A stretch of 64,000 bases of DNA from a virus: positions 2,116 through 66,115 of IMG/VR virus record IMGVR_UViG_3300027996_000026. One strand, given 5' to 3'. The notes under the pieces were generated by a model. The model was not told the DNA's origin. It worked only from the letters and a program-made list of their open reading frames with translations, and searched no databases. This document shows positions 26,253 through 40,300 of the stretch, piece by piece; positions within the stretch are counted from its first letter, which is position 1, and every line of letters begins with the position of its first letter. Both the position numbers and the translations under genes were made by a program.

Positions 26253-27173
26253 TTATTCACCAACAATGTCCTTAGTTAAAAATGTATCATTGTATTGTCA
26301 TTTAACAATTCTTTTTAAAATTTCTTCATTAGTCATTCAAGATATTTTTTCTAAGATAGCCGTATTTTGTGCAGATGTATAAGCATAATCTGATATTCAA
26401 AATGATTTAGCTAATGATAATCTTGTAGTCTTATCTGAAGGAAGTTCTTTACTATTCATAAAATCTACTATAGATACTTTAGGATCTGGTTTAGTTTTTT
26501 TAGATCATTCTCATTTTTCTAAATCAGCTATTCTTTTATCCATTGATTCTTTTTCTTTAGGATCAAATGTATCTGTAAAATTTTTATCTCTAGCTCATTG
26601 AGTTTTATCTAAAAAATTCATTTCTTTTTTTTCTTTTTTCTCTTCAGATTTACTTCATGGAAATGTTTCTATATCAGCTTTCGCTTTTTCTTTTTTCATT
26701 TCATCTGGTATTAATTCAGAATAATCAAGATCTAAACCATTATCATCAATATCAGTTTCATTTTTTAATGTATTAAGATAATCTCTTACTGCATTGATTC
26801 ATCACTTTTTATTTATTTCTACTATCTCATCTTTATTAATTTTATTTTTTAAAGATTTAATCATTCATTGTACTTCATTTTTAAGTTCAACTCATACTGA
26901 TTTTATTCATCTTCATGATTGTCTTATAGCCGAATCTACAACTTCTGCTCATTTAACTGCGTTATTTTTTAATGATTCAATCTGTTCTGATCAAGATCTT
27001 CAATTAAATTTATCTGGATCAGAATCTTTTAGTCTTGCTTCTTTTGCTTTCATTTCATTTTTTGCAGAATCTGACATTTCAGTTCTATTTTTATTTGCAT
27101 CTACGAAATTTTTTTTAGGTTCTATAGCTTCGTAATCAAATGTTCCATCATCATCACTTGTATAATTACTCAT
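26253..27173 (-). CDS. Putative internal virion protein (306 aa)
   Basis: Charged low-complexity ORF. Call based on position. Confidence 0.5.
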
Positions 27174-27179
27174 ATTATA

Positions 27180-30056
27180 TTAATTAGAATTTAAAATATC
27201 ATTTATTATAGCCTTTATATCTCTAATAATCATATAATTATTAGACATAATAAATCTATTTTCAGATTCATATTTGAATCTAGTATATTTACCTGCTGTA
27301 TATATATCAGTTTGTATGCTAGCTATATTACCAGTATACATAGGATTAGTCTCATCTCATATTAACTCATCACCATCTGGTGCAGGATCTAATGCTGCGT
27401 CAAATAAATAATTATTTAGTTTATATGTATCAACTATTAATGCTCAAGACGATTCTTCTCTTTCTACAGTTAAATCTACATCTAGTCTATCTAACTTATT
27501 CAATCAGAATACTGTTCTCAGTATACTAGTCTGAGTAAGTTTAATCAAACTTCAGAAACTAAAGTTAATAACTTGTTTAAATATTGTTCAAAAGTCTGTA
27601 TATCATTCTTCCTTAGCTATATATCAAGTGTCTATTTCGTTTGTAACTCAAGTCATTACTTCATCTCATATTTTATATATTGCTTTATCATATGAATTTA
27701 CTATCCAATGATTAAAAGATATATCAAATTGAAAGTTTGTTGAAGTATCTCAATTTATTAATAAGAAATTTAAATACTGTCAATATTGTTCTACATATAA
27801 TTCTCATACTATATTCTCAAATAAGTATCTATATTGTCTAGAGATCTCATTAGAAACTATCCTATAACTAACTGCATCATTATTTGCTACTGATAGTGTC
27901 ATAAGTCTTCTATCGTCTTGTACGAAGTATAATATACCATCTGTATAGGCATATGAATATTTACTAAACAGAGTTCAATTAAATTCTAGGTCCTTCATTA
28001 TGTATCCAGTAATTCACGCTGTTCATAATAATGTTGTTGTTGTCCTGGTTATAATCTGATTTTGTTTTCATATTACTAATAGTGTTTCTCAAAATGGAAT
28101 TAATTTTGTTCATCACTTATATGGTATTCTATCTAGTGTTTCGAAATGTGTGTTATCATCAAATGTTATTCTACTAAAGAATATATGTGTTTCAGTTAAT
28201 ACAAATATTGCTCAACTAAATTCTACTATATCTATAATATCTAACTCTTGCATCTCATCTATGATTTCTCAATGTAATGCTGTATATGAATATCAGTTTG
28301 TTTCATTTACATTTAATATTACATTAGTTAGATTTTGAATATACGCATCATTATTTTTTACCTCAGTTCATATTCATGAATTTTCTCCAAATCAAATTAT
28401 TAAATTAGTTTTATCTATACTATGATTTTCTTCAGTTCTAACAATTGATGTTGGTGATGCTCAAGTATATGTTAATGAAGCGTTTAATTGTCTTCAATCA
28501 TTATGATGTATTCAAATATTATCATCAGTTCCATCATATATTATTTCAGTTACCTTAAATAATCATTCTAATTCTAATCATGTTTTTAATGCTGAAATAA
28601 CATTTCTATCATATATAGAGTTTACATTATATGGACCATAATCAACTCAAGCTAAATTAATAGTTACTGTTAATATATTTGATCATTGTGTTTTATTATG
28701 ATTAGATTTAATACGTTCTGAATATGTGTTTACATATGTAACAGCATTTTCAGTTAGATCATCTTTATATACAATTAATTCTCTATTAAAATTATATATA
28801 TTTTTATCTTGTCATGAGAATGTTCACATATCAAATGTGTCCTCTCCTCATACCAATGTAGTATCTATTATTACTCAAGTATATCATACAGGTAATTGAT
28901 CTATTATTGATTGATAGAAATGTGTTTTAAAAAACTCATCTAGATTTCAGTTAGAAGAATCTGGATCTTCTTGTCTATCTATATATTTACTCGATCAAGA
29001 AGTGTCTGCATCTAACGAATGGCTAGTTACTTTTGTTCATCCACAATCAATTGATAGTGTAGGATAGGCAGCATATCATGCTGATGTACCATCTAAATAA
29101 TTACAATTAATTCTTAATACAGAATCTAATTCATTAAATGTAATTGCTACTCATGTATCTCTAGCTACAAATAATAATCAACTTTTAGTTTCAACTACAT
29201 ATGTTCATCATAATGCAGCAACTAATAATGCTTTATTCTCAGTATCATTTTCTCAGTTTAATAATACTTTTACTCAGTCTATTTCTAATACTAAATAATT
29301 TACTTGTTCATATGTTATTACTATATTGTAGTAAAATTCATAATCATCAGATCAATCTGTTAATGAAGTTACTATAACTCAGTCATCTGATCAAGTTAAT
29401 ATAACATCTCTTGCATCAGAGAAGATCATAAATTTATCATCTACTTCTGGCAGAGTTCAATATACACTTGTACCAGATATATATACAGTATCTCATGCAG
29501 CATATATAATTCTATTTGTAGCTCATTTTAAAGCACCTGTAGTGAATGTTATATATCTAGATGATGTTATAGTCCATCAATGTCCAGGTATGTTTAAAGA
29601 GACTAATCATTCTCATCCATTTGCTGTTAAGTATGGATTAGTTATTAGACTTGCAGGATCTGTAGGATTATTATTTGGAGCTAATGCATTTGTAATTTCT
29701 GTAGCATCTAATATTAATTGTCATCCAGCTCATCTTGCTTTTAATAATTTTATAGGATTTCTATCTCTTACATTATTATTCAAAATCATTTGATATGATT
29801 TATCGAATAATCTATTTTTATTATCTGCAAAATAATTTCAATAATAATATCTATTATTTTCTACATCTATATAATCATAAAATGATTGTCATACAATTCA
29901 ATGAATTGATGTCAATCATAATCTTTTATCTAACATAAAATCATCTCATGATATTGAGTCTATCTTGTGTGTAGGTTTAACAACTAAACAATTCTCAACC
30001 TTATCATAGACAGTATTGAGTGTTCATGCTTCTAATTTAAATTCTAAGTCTTTCAT
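27180..30056 (-). CDS. Putative tail nozzle/stabilisation protein (P22 gp10-like, 958 aa)
   Basis: Beta-rich ORF following the adaptor. Call based on position and composition. Confidence 0.6.
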
Positions 30057-30058
30057 TT

Positions 30059-30658
30059 TTAAAGTGATTTATCTGGCATAAAATAAACATCTGCTGATAC
30101 TCAATCATTGTTCTTTAATTCATTTAATTGCCTTACAGCAATCTGATATCTAGGAACTACATTATCGTCTTCAAAATAACTAATAGGACTAGCGAGATCA
30201 TAAATTTTATTTATGAGTGCTGGTATAAATTTATTTGGACAAGGTAATGGATCTGTTCAATTTTTATTAAACTCTATCCATTTATATGCAGAATAATATT
30301 TTATATTTATTGCTGTTACATCTGACTTTGTAATAATAAAATTCTCTCATATTTTAACATCAGCTCATTCTTCTCATGAATCTAAGCTTGATGTAGTTGG
30401 ATATAACCTATTTCAATTCTGATCCCATATATCTATAGGTCTATCTATATTATATTTTAAATCCCATTTCAAATAATCTCAATTAACAGTAGAAGTTAGA
30501 TCTTCTTCTTTTATTTTAAATATCCAATCATAAAATCAATACATATCTTCTAAAGATATATTAACATACATTTCCATCATGTCATTATTTGATAATGAGT
30601 TTCATCATCTAGATATAAAGAATGGGCGTAGCATAGTAAATAATTGATTGTATAGCAT
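30059..30658 (-). CDS. Putative head-tail adaptor (199 aa)
   Basis: Directly follows the capsid gene. Size and position are typical. Confidence 0.55.
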
Positions 30659-30693
30659 ATTAATATTGTTAAGTTGTAATAAATATAGTATAT

Positions 30694-30728
30694 AAAAAAA
30701 AGAACAGAATTTCAAATTCTGTTCTTTT
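30694..30728. terminator. Terminator after the capsid gene
   Basis: aaaagaacagaattt-c-aaattctgttctttt, a 15-bp inverted repeat with A/T tails. Confidence 0.75.
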
Positions 30729-30746
30729 AATAGTTATAAACTAATA

Positions 30747-32084
30747 TTAATTTAAACCATTTATTTCCATATAAGTATTTTCATAACTTTGACCTGCAAA
30801 GATATTAGCTAATTTATATTCTGTTGTATATTCTCTAAAATCATTTGTTGTTACTGGTTGAGCAATAACTGCAAATTTATTAGCTTGAACTTTAACAGCT
30901 ACTCACATATCATTCATAAATTCATTTTCTGGAACTCTGAATCATACTAATTCTTTAGGGAATACATATGCTTTTGGAGTTAGTCCATAAATTCTATCAA
31001 TTTCTGGAAGTACTATAAAGTTAATATCATTGAAGTAAGGAGTAGATAATGCTTTTAATCCGTATTCTATTTTAGCTGGGATAACATCATTATATACTTG
31101 ACTACCTTGAAGTAATCTAGAAAATCTTGCAGAGAACTCTGTGTTACAGAAAACTGTAGGCTTTTCAGAACCAGTATAAACTGGAGCTGTAGAAGCTAAG
31201 TTTAATATTCTTTGTAATTCTTTTATGATTAATTTCTCATCTGTGATAGCTGACATGTCAAACTTAGAAGTAAGACCAGCTGCTTCTCTCTCTTCGATTA
31301 CTGCTGTAATACCTTGAGCTTGAGGAGTTTCACCAGATACATTTTGTCAGAAGAACCATACATTAATTATGTTCTCTAGGATTTGCATCTTAGGTTTATT
31401 GAACTCATTAGAAATATATGTTTTAATATCTGATAGTAATCTAGTTTTATTTAGATCATCCCAATTCATTGTAACTGATCAACCAAATTTTTGGAAGTAA
31501 GTTATAACTGTTTTAGAATCTGGATCAGCTACTGTTCTTGTAACTTTATTACCAAGTGTTAATTCTGGAGCTACAAACATTAGTTTATCACCATCTTTAA
31601 CTGTAACAGCTCAAGATAATGTTATTGTTTTTGTACCTACAGTTATCACTGTAATCGTTGCTTGAGTTTCAGTACCTACTGATCATGGAGCTGGGATTGT
31701 TCTTACTATATCACCAACTGCAAATCATGCTACTGAAGCTACTACAACATCAGCTACTGCTGTAGCATCTGCTGTAAATTTAGAACTAGTACTAAATGAT
31801 TCTCATTCATACCATTCTACTTTTCTACCATCCTCAGTTAATGTTGCTTCAATTTTAGAAATTTTACTAAACTGAGTATCTTGGAAGGCTTCTAGCTGAT
31901 GCATTGATCATGCTGCCGATCCAGAAATATTTCTCATTGCTTTATACCAATTAGCTGGTCAGAATCCTAAGTAAGCGAAACCAGGATATTCTCTAACATA
32001 TGCTTGCATAAAACCAATACCTTTACCAACTACTTTATTTAAAACATCATTTGTTTTAAATGTTCCTGCTTGTACTGCATCCAT
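30747..32084 (-). CDS. Major capsid protein (445 aa)
   Basis: Follows portal and scaffold and is followed by a strong terminator. KVEWYE motif, beta-rich insertion, YFQKFGGSV, optimised codon usage. Confidence 0.8.
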
Positions 32085-32106
32085 TTGTGTTTTTTATTAA
32101 AAATTA

Positions 32107-32919
32107 TTATTCTAATTCAATTGTCATTTCATTAATTCATCATTCTGTTTTAAGATTCGGATTGATCTTATCTCAATTAAAGCTTGTAAATTTAGATATT
32201 TTATCATCTGATTTATCAGCTTCTTCTTGTTCTTTAGTTCATCCTGCTAATTCAGTTCTTAGATCATCAATTATTTTGACAATTCTTTCCTTAGTCTTTT
32301 CATCCCCTGCCCTAGCTTTAGTCATGTTACTATTTAGATATACTAGTTGTGCATCATCATTAGTTCCATATAATTCTAGTTCAGCATTTTTCAAGCTAAG
32401 GTCTCATTTCTCTTTATCGATTTTTCAGACTAACTTTTTTAAAGTATCAATAGTCTTCTTATCTTGTTTACTTTCAGTTTGTAACTGTTTTAGTAATGTG
32501 ACAGCACCTTCAGTTCATTCAACATCTTTTAAGCTGTCTATGATTTTTTGTGCTTCATCTAAGTCATCAGATCATTCTGTATTTGAATCATCTAATTCCT
32601 TCAGTAGTTCATCTATTTCTGATAGAGTAGTGTCAGTATCATCTTCTTTTGTATCTTTGTCAGATGCACCCTCTTTACCTTCTCAGTCTAAATTTTCTAC
32701 TGTTTCTGATTTATCTTCCTTATCCTCTTCTCAACCCTCTTCTCATTCTGTTTTAACTGGATTACCATCTCAGTCTACTTCTTCAGAGTTGTCAGTTGTG
32801 TCTGTTTCAAATTCAGAGAAATCAATGTTCAATTCATTAGTTTCTCATCCAGATAAATCTGGAGTTCAATCTAATCACGCTAGATCTAATTCAAGATCAT
32901 CTCAATTTCATTGTGGCAT
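32107..32919 (-). CDS. Scaffolding protein (270 aa)
   Basis: Highly acidic N-terminal half plus coiled coil, between portal and capsid genes. Confidence 0.7.
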
Positions 32920-33004
32920 AACTTTTAAGTTATTGGATAAATAGTAATTCTAATATAACTATTCAATGCTAGTATATTTAAATTCTTTTTTGAAGTCAAA
33001 CTTC

Positions 33005-34894
33005 TTAAATTCATAGAGCATTCAATGCTGCTAAAGGATCTTCTACTTTATCCTCTATCTCTGCAGGTATATCTTCTGCTAATAATTCCGTATTATCTAT
33101 TCATTCATTCCCTTTGAAATCACTTTCCTCTTCAGTAAATCAAAACTTCTTAGGTCATTCGTTTCATACCTTAGCTCATTTATTTAACATTTTGAAATTC
33201 TTTAATTTATCTAAATCAAAGTCATCATCTAATAATGCATTCATTATCTCATCTACATTAACATCTTGCTTCATTTGAATCAACGACATAAATATTTCTT
33301 TAATAATTCATCTCTTCTTTTCTTTCTCTATATTTCTTAGAGAATTAAATTTAAATGATATAGCTTCATCTCTTATAATCTTCTCTACTTCTAATTCATT
33401 TACATATAATTTTTTATCTTTAAATGTAATATTTAATCATAACTCTTTTAACTCAGCTTCAGTAAAATGTTTTAAGTATGTTAGTATCCATGCCTTAGCT
33501 ACTCATCACATCATTATTTGTACTGAATCAATTACTGGTGTCAGTTTAGATTTATATTGATCATGTATAAGATTTATAGAATCTGATACTCTTTCTACTT
33601 TTGATTGACCTCATAGTAAATATCCATTTACTCATGCTCTCTTCTCAGTAATTTGTTCTACGAATTGTATTGTATTTATTGGACTAAAGTCATTTAATCA
33701 TAAATCTAATCTCTTTATATCTGAATCTCAAGTTAATTTAATTGCTTTAAATTTTTCAAATCTTAATTTACCATCTCTTGATAGAGCTGCTACATTTCAT
33801 TTAACTGTAAACATTCAAGATAATTGCATCTTCATATTATCTAGAAATCAATTCCAGATAGATGTCTGCATATTCTGTAAATGCGATAGATTATCTATTT
33901 GTCAATTAGATGTTCATGCTCCAGGTATTTCATTAAAACTTATTCATCTTATAGATGATACATCTCAATCTAATATAGGTTCACCATGATACAATAAATT
34001 TCAATCTATGTATACAGTTAATTTTCATTTACAAATATATTCAACTACTTCGTATGATCTCTTATCTTGTACTAAATAAAAGTTGTTTTTATCTATTGTA
34101 GATAGTTCATCTCTAACCGATCATATCATAGTACTTAGTGGTACTCAATTGTTATATGATTTTGTTATTATATTAGAAAAGTTATTAATTCTTTTTATAG
34201 GATTGTAATCATATAAACTATATCTAGTTTTAGTTTTATTTGTTATAGCTAATACTTTATTTATAAATCAATGTATATTAACTTTCTTAGTTTTTCAGTC
34301 ATCAAATAATACTCAATACTTATCTTTGATAAAATCTCATGTATTAAATACTCTTTTTATTTGATATCAAGATTTATTTATTCATTGTACATCATCATAA
34401 AATACATTAAATATAGATATGAAATCTATACTTGGTTTTTTAGTTACTACTGTTTGTTTATATTTTCATTTAAGAAAAGTATATTCTTCTTTCTTTTTAA
34501 ACAATGAAGTCTCAGTAAATCATTCTCATGTTATTAAGCATTCCTTTAATGATCATTTAAGTGCTTGCTTACCTTGTGATTTATAATCAAATACATCTCA
34601 GCATAGATTTTTAAATATAGATTCTTGTACTCAGAATACAAAATTAAAATCAAATAGATTTGCAAATTCTGTATCTACTATAGATGCTGCTAATGGATAA
34701 CTAATATTTGTTTGCCATGATTCTATATCAGCTAATCTATCTAATGTGTATCATAGATACTGTTTATAGTTATTTATATACTTAGGAAATTTTTCTTGCT
34801 CAAATCTGTTTATAACATCTCTGATCAAAACATCTTGTTCCTCTAAAGCTTTAGTTTCTTTTTTAGTAAATGATTGTGTTTCAATTTTTGCCAT
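33005..34894 (-). CDS. Portal protein, P22-like (629 aa)
   Basis: Between terminase and scaffold. WQTNISYPLAASIVDT near the N-terminus, EKRAGVNGYLLGG, helical composition. Confidence 0.8.
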
Positions 34895-37041
34895 TAGTAT
34901 AAGTTTCAAGAATTATTATAATTAGAATTACTATTAATGTAATTACTACTATTGTATAGATGTTCATCTTCATTATCAAATTCGACTCAATATTCCTGCC
35001 AAGTCTTTACATCTGTTAATCATAGTATAGTTACTATGAAGAATATACACATCATTAATGCATCTACTAAATCATCATGGCTATTTCATTTACCTTGATA
35101 TTTAGCTATCAAACTATTTGTTCAAGTTATCTTAACAAAGTTTTTCATCTGATCTATTAGAGTTCAATGAACAGATGCTATATTCAATACTCATTTATCT
35201 AGCATTAGAGCTGTCATCTCTACCATATGTCGTTTACTTACTACATAAAATCATTTATGATTCCATGACCAATCTCAGTTACCTGTAAATTGTATCCAAT
35301 AATCAACTACCATATCTTTCTTTTTATCTTCTTGCATTATTACTTTACCTATAGTTGTTGCATCTCATATAATTGTTATATGTTTAAGTTTATCTTTTAA
35401 TATTTTTCATACTGTTAATTGTTCTAAGTATGGAACTCATTTTAATTCTTGAGTATCTATAGTTATTCTTTTAGTAATATTTAATAATACAACTCATGCA
35501 GGATCAGAGTTACCTCAGAAGTCTATAGAAAGTACATAATAATCGCTCTCATTTCATTGTAACATAACTTGTGGCATAATACTACCTACGATATTGAATA
35601 CATTCCTCTCGTCTAATATAACACAATATGCTCTAGCATAAAATTCTTTTAATGATGCTTTCTTTAAGTTTCATATTGTAAAATACATTAGATCATCTAG
35701 CTTTTTATTCATCAATTCTATTTGTTCTTCAGTCTCTACTTCCATATTAGATTTATAATCTAATTGATATAACTCTCTTTTATTATTTATATCTACTCTT
35801 GTAGATGATATTAAGCTATCTCATAGTTCTCAGTCTATTAATAGTCTATAGAACCAATGATCTCTAGGAGTTTTTTCAGATATAGTAGTAATAACTAGCA
35901 TATGTTCTGTCTCCATCATTGCTCTTTGAGAGAATAATGTCCAGAATGCATCTTCTACATAAGCTGCTTCATCTATAACTGCAAAGTCACAAGCTAATCA
36001 TTCTCATGTTGATCATGATCAGAAATTATATAATGATACCATTCTAAATGTTGTACCAGTTAATGTACAAGTTATCTCTGATTTACTTCTATTTATTTTT
36101 ATAATAGGTTCTCAATTAACTTTCTTTCTAGTAAATTCAATTAAGAATCATTCCATATAATCCATTATACTTGAACCTACATTAGATAGATCTGGAACGA
36201 AGTATTTAATCTGTCTTATCTTTCTTCATCAGAATCATGAACCTTGTTTAAATAATTCTGCTGCACATAGCTCTGCTGCGAAATATGATTTACCAGATCA
36301 CTTACTTGCTGCAACTACATTTATCTTAGCCCAATTTAATATTACATTCTTAGTCCAATCTAATAAATAATATCATGCTGCCTTCCTTAATGAATGCGTA
36401 TATCAATATTCTCTATTTGGATCTCAGATATCTTTATTAGTATATCAAATTGATATTTCTTTTGCTAGTACTTCTTCTAAAGAATACTTTCATATAACAG
36501 ATAATGTTCATTGTTTTGTAGAATTTAATCATTTATTATTATATGCTGAACTCTTAACTGCTTTAATATTTTCTTCTAAGAATCATACCCTTCATAATTT
36601 TTTATTAAATCATAATGGGAAAGATTTTAATATCGGAACTAATATTAAATAATACTTATCACTTAGATATCATGATTTAACTAATTCTTTTATAAAGTAT
36701 TGTAATATAACTTTTGATTTAATCTCAGTTACATTACTAGACTTTAATAATTTTGGTAGCATCATTGATGTATTCTTAGTTCAATAGAACTCTGCAAGTA
36801 ATCAATCAACTTCGAAATCTACTTTAAATAAATACTTATGTCAATATTCATTTGCTAATGTTCTATCTAATACTTTTTTATCTAATGAATCTAGATCAGT
36901 TCATTCTTTATACATCAATTCATTTGATCATACTATCTCATCTACATCAGCTTTAAATGCACCCAAGAAATTCTTGAGTGCTTTAAAGTATGTTAGATCT
37001 CATATATAACTATTATATTTTATATCTTTTAATGTTATCAT
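34894..37041 (-). CDS. Terminase large subunit (715 aa)
   Basis: Walker A VVAASKGSGKS, Walker B FAVIDEAA, VITTIS..HWFY, nuclease motifs DFWGNSD and HDDLVDAL. Confidence 0.92.
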
Positions 37042-37050
37042 GTTTTCTAA

Positions 37051-37338
37051 TTAATGTGTTAATTTATCTGTAGCACCTGGATGAACGAATACTCATATGT
37101 TTAAACTCTTTAAACTAGCCTTACTTCAATGAATAGATTGTACATGTTTTAATAAATCTAATCTAGTCTGTAATGCTGAAGCTCACTTATTGTCCTTTAA
37201 ATCAGATAGTAAGTCCACTATTTCATCTATACTGTCTCCTAATGATAATCATTTTTCATCCAATATATTTGCTAGCTCTACATCTGTATTTGATTTAACA
37301 GACTTTTCATCTCATGCTAGTATTATCTCAGTATCCAT
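37051..37338 (-). CDS. Putative terminase small subunit (95 aa)
   Basis: Small helical ORF immediately upstream of terL. Confidence 0.5.
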
Positions 37339-37358
37339 ATATATTTAGTTAAGTAATA

Positions 37359-40300
37359 TTAATTGCTAGTTATATCTCCTGGTAATCCTTTGATCGTAGT
37401 CTTTCTTATTTTAATAGGACTTGTCTTTGATCTAGATGGTTTTGGTAAACTAATCTTCTTTTGTTTTGATTTTACAAATCATTTCTTTGGAGTTCATTTC
37501 TTTATATAAACTTTTGATTTAGTTGGCTGTGTAGCTGCCTTAAATGATTCTTGTATGAAATAAGAATTTATTTCTTTTATTATAGGGAAGTTTAAATAAT
37601 TTAATTGTAAACTTTTTTGTGGTAATGATCCATATGCTATCCTATCAAAATTTTCTGGTATAGTTTTTCATTTAAGAAATTGTGACATCTGAGGAAATTG
37701 TTTTCAGAATCATGGTCTAGGTCATCAAGCGAATGATGATGATTGTCAATTCTTAAAATAGTTTGGAAAATATTTTGATTTACCACTACCACTTCAGAAG
37801 TTAGATACTTGATAGTTTGCTATAGAATCTGCATCAAAGTCTTGTATATTAGTTGCTGTCTTATAGGTCCAACTAATTAATTGTCTTTGTGCTGGTAGTG
37901 TTAATAAATTAAACACATCATTATCTCTTAGCATATCCCATGATGAATCATTCATTCATGATAGTACAGATGCGATTTTAGCTGTCTGTTCTTTACCTGG
38001 TTGAGTAGAGTTTGTTATCTCTCTAATATGTACTAAAGCTGCTTCCTTAACTAATTCTACTGCTTCTGCTGTAGGTTCTAATCTTTTTCATAATGGACTA
38101 TAATATGTTAGTAATCATTTAAAAGATTTAGTATATTCTGAAGTTAAGTATTTTGCATTAGTATCTCACTCTTGTAAGTTTCTTGTTGAGATCGCTAATC
38201 AATTCATATAATCTTTTAATCAACTACTTGCTCATGCTTCTTGCATATGCTTATAAAGTTCTGGTTGATTTTTTTCTATATGTAATCCAAATACATTCTT
38301 AACATTTTCTAGGTTAGCATTTAGTAATCATTGTGAACTTAATTCCTTCAATACTTTATATTTAATTCCTGCTTGTTCATCTTGTTCAAAATAGAATGCA
38401 TCTTTATATTCTATTCATTTTTCTTCTTTAATTTCTTTTTGTATTTCTTTAAATCTATTTGTTGCTATGTATGAAGTTAAATGTGCTACACTTAATTCTG
38501 GTATATCTTTTTGTTTAGTTTCATAGAATAATTTTTGTAATGCTATTGTCCTACTTGAAGGTCTATTAACAAAGTCTTCTTTAGTATATCAGATGTCAGC
38601 TAATGCTTTTGTGATGATGTCATCCATCTTATTACTATATAAATCTTTACCTGCTGTTAATATTTTTCTTCCTTTATCATCTAGCTGTTGTCATACTCAT
38701 TGGTATACAACTATATTGTTCCAAGCTTTCTCTGTATATACTTGATCTAATTCTCAATCATTTACTAATATAGTATCAAGATTATATCATCAAGCTCATA
38801 TTCATTTGTCATATAAATTTTTAACTTCTTCTGTAGATAACAATTGATTTACTCATGTAGTTATAGCTGCGTTCCCTAAGTATTGTGGTTTCATAAATGA
38901 AATAAATATATCTCATATACTTGCTCAATATCATAGAGTACTTACTCTTCAACTTCTATTTGCTTTTTGTAATTCACTTTGTGATTCCCTTAAGTTAGAT
39001 GGTATTCAATATCAGAACATTGATAAACTATCTTGTCCTTTCATTTGATCATACATACTTCAGATTAATAATCAATGTGCATTTCTCATATATGATCATA
39101 CTGAGTTTTGAGTAGCCATATAGAATGCTTCTAGATATCCTTCTCATAATGTTTCATGTCTATTAACTGCTGAAGGGATTGTCTTGAAAAAATTAAATGG
39201 ATTGTTTTTTATTACTCTAGTCATATGCTTGAACATCTCTATAGTTGTTACTTGCATCCTAAGAGCCATAGATTCATTTTCTCTTCATTGTAAGTTACCT
39301 AACTCTCTATCAAATAATATTTCTAGAGCTGCTAAATTATTTACTGCTGACTCTATAAACATTCATTTATTAGTTTTATCATCTTCATCGCTGTAATCAT
39401 ATTTACTTATCTTAGCTCATAATCATGCTGCCATTCAAATATTTAATAGCATTGCTGTATTATAATCTATAAACTCTTTCATTAATACATTTCATCAATG
39501 TTTATCTCATTTCATAAATAATCTAATTGCTTCTCATCAAGCTAATTGTCTTTCTATTCAAGTAGTAAATTTATGAAACGCCCATCAATTTAAAAATTTA
39601 TATAATTGAAAAAATACTTTAGTTGTAAATCAAACTCACATTCATGTCTGACTTCATATCCTTGTAAGAAATGTTTCTTTGAATATTGGCATATTAGATA
39701 TTACTCAACCTCACATATCATTATGTTCTCTATAGAATAATATTTTGAATTTATCTTTTTCTCTAGATGTTGTAAGTACTTTATCTAATTGATCCTTAGT
39801 CTTTACTCAATATATTTCCATAAGTCTAATCGCTGATGCTTGTCTTCTAACAGCATCTTGTAACATATCTGTAGCTAGTAATGGTTCTGTTATAGTTGTA
39901 TCTATAATATTCATTAACCTTCTTTGTAACAATGGATCTTTAGTTCATAACTCTTTAGTCATTTTCTTAACAATTCATTTGATACCTTCAGATGCAAATT
40001 TTTGTAACTTACCTATCTTAGTATCTATATTTTGTTCTCATAATCTTTGTCAATGTGATCAAGCGTCTTCTCATAATAATTTATATTCTTCTACTACCTT
40101 AGATGCTTCTGCTATTTGAGATGGTGTTGCCTTTCTTAAAAATCATAACATCTCTATTGTATTTCATAGTACTTGAGTCAATCAAGCTATATGTCATACT
40201 CATCATAAGAATAATGATGTTGTCTGATATGCTCAATGATAATATGCTGCTTGCGTTTCTCTGATTAAACTTAATAATAAGCTATCATCTTTCTTAACAA

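Noticed and set aside
32060-32944. 294-aa Ser/Leu-rich plus-strand ORF, and similar plus ORFs (25277, 26794, 44029, 44734, 53523, 58100)
   Set aside because: Antisense shadows of minus-strand genes such as scaffold, the giant ORF and recA.
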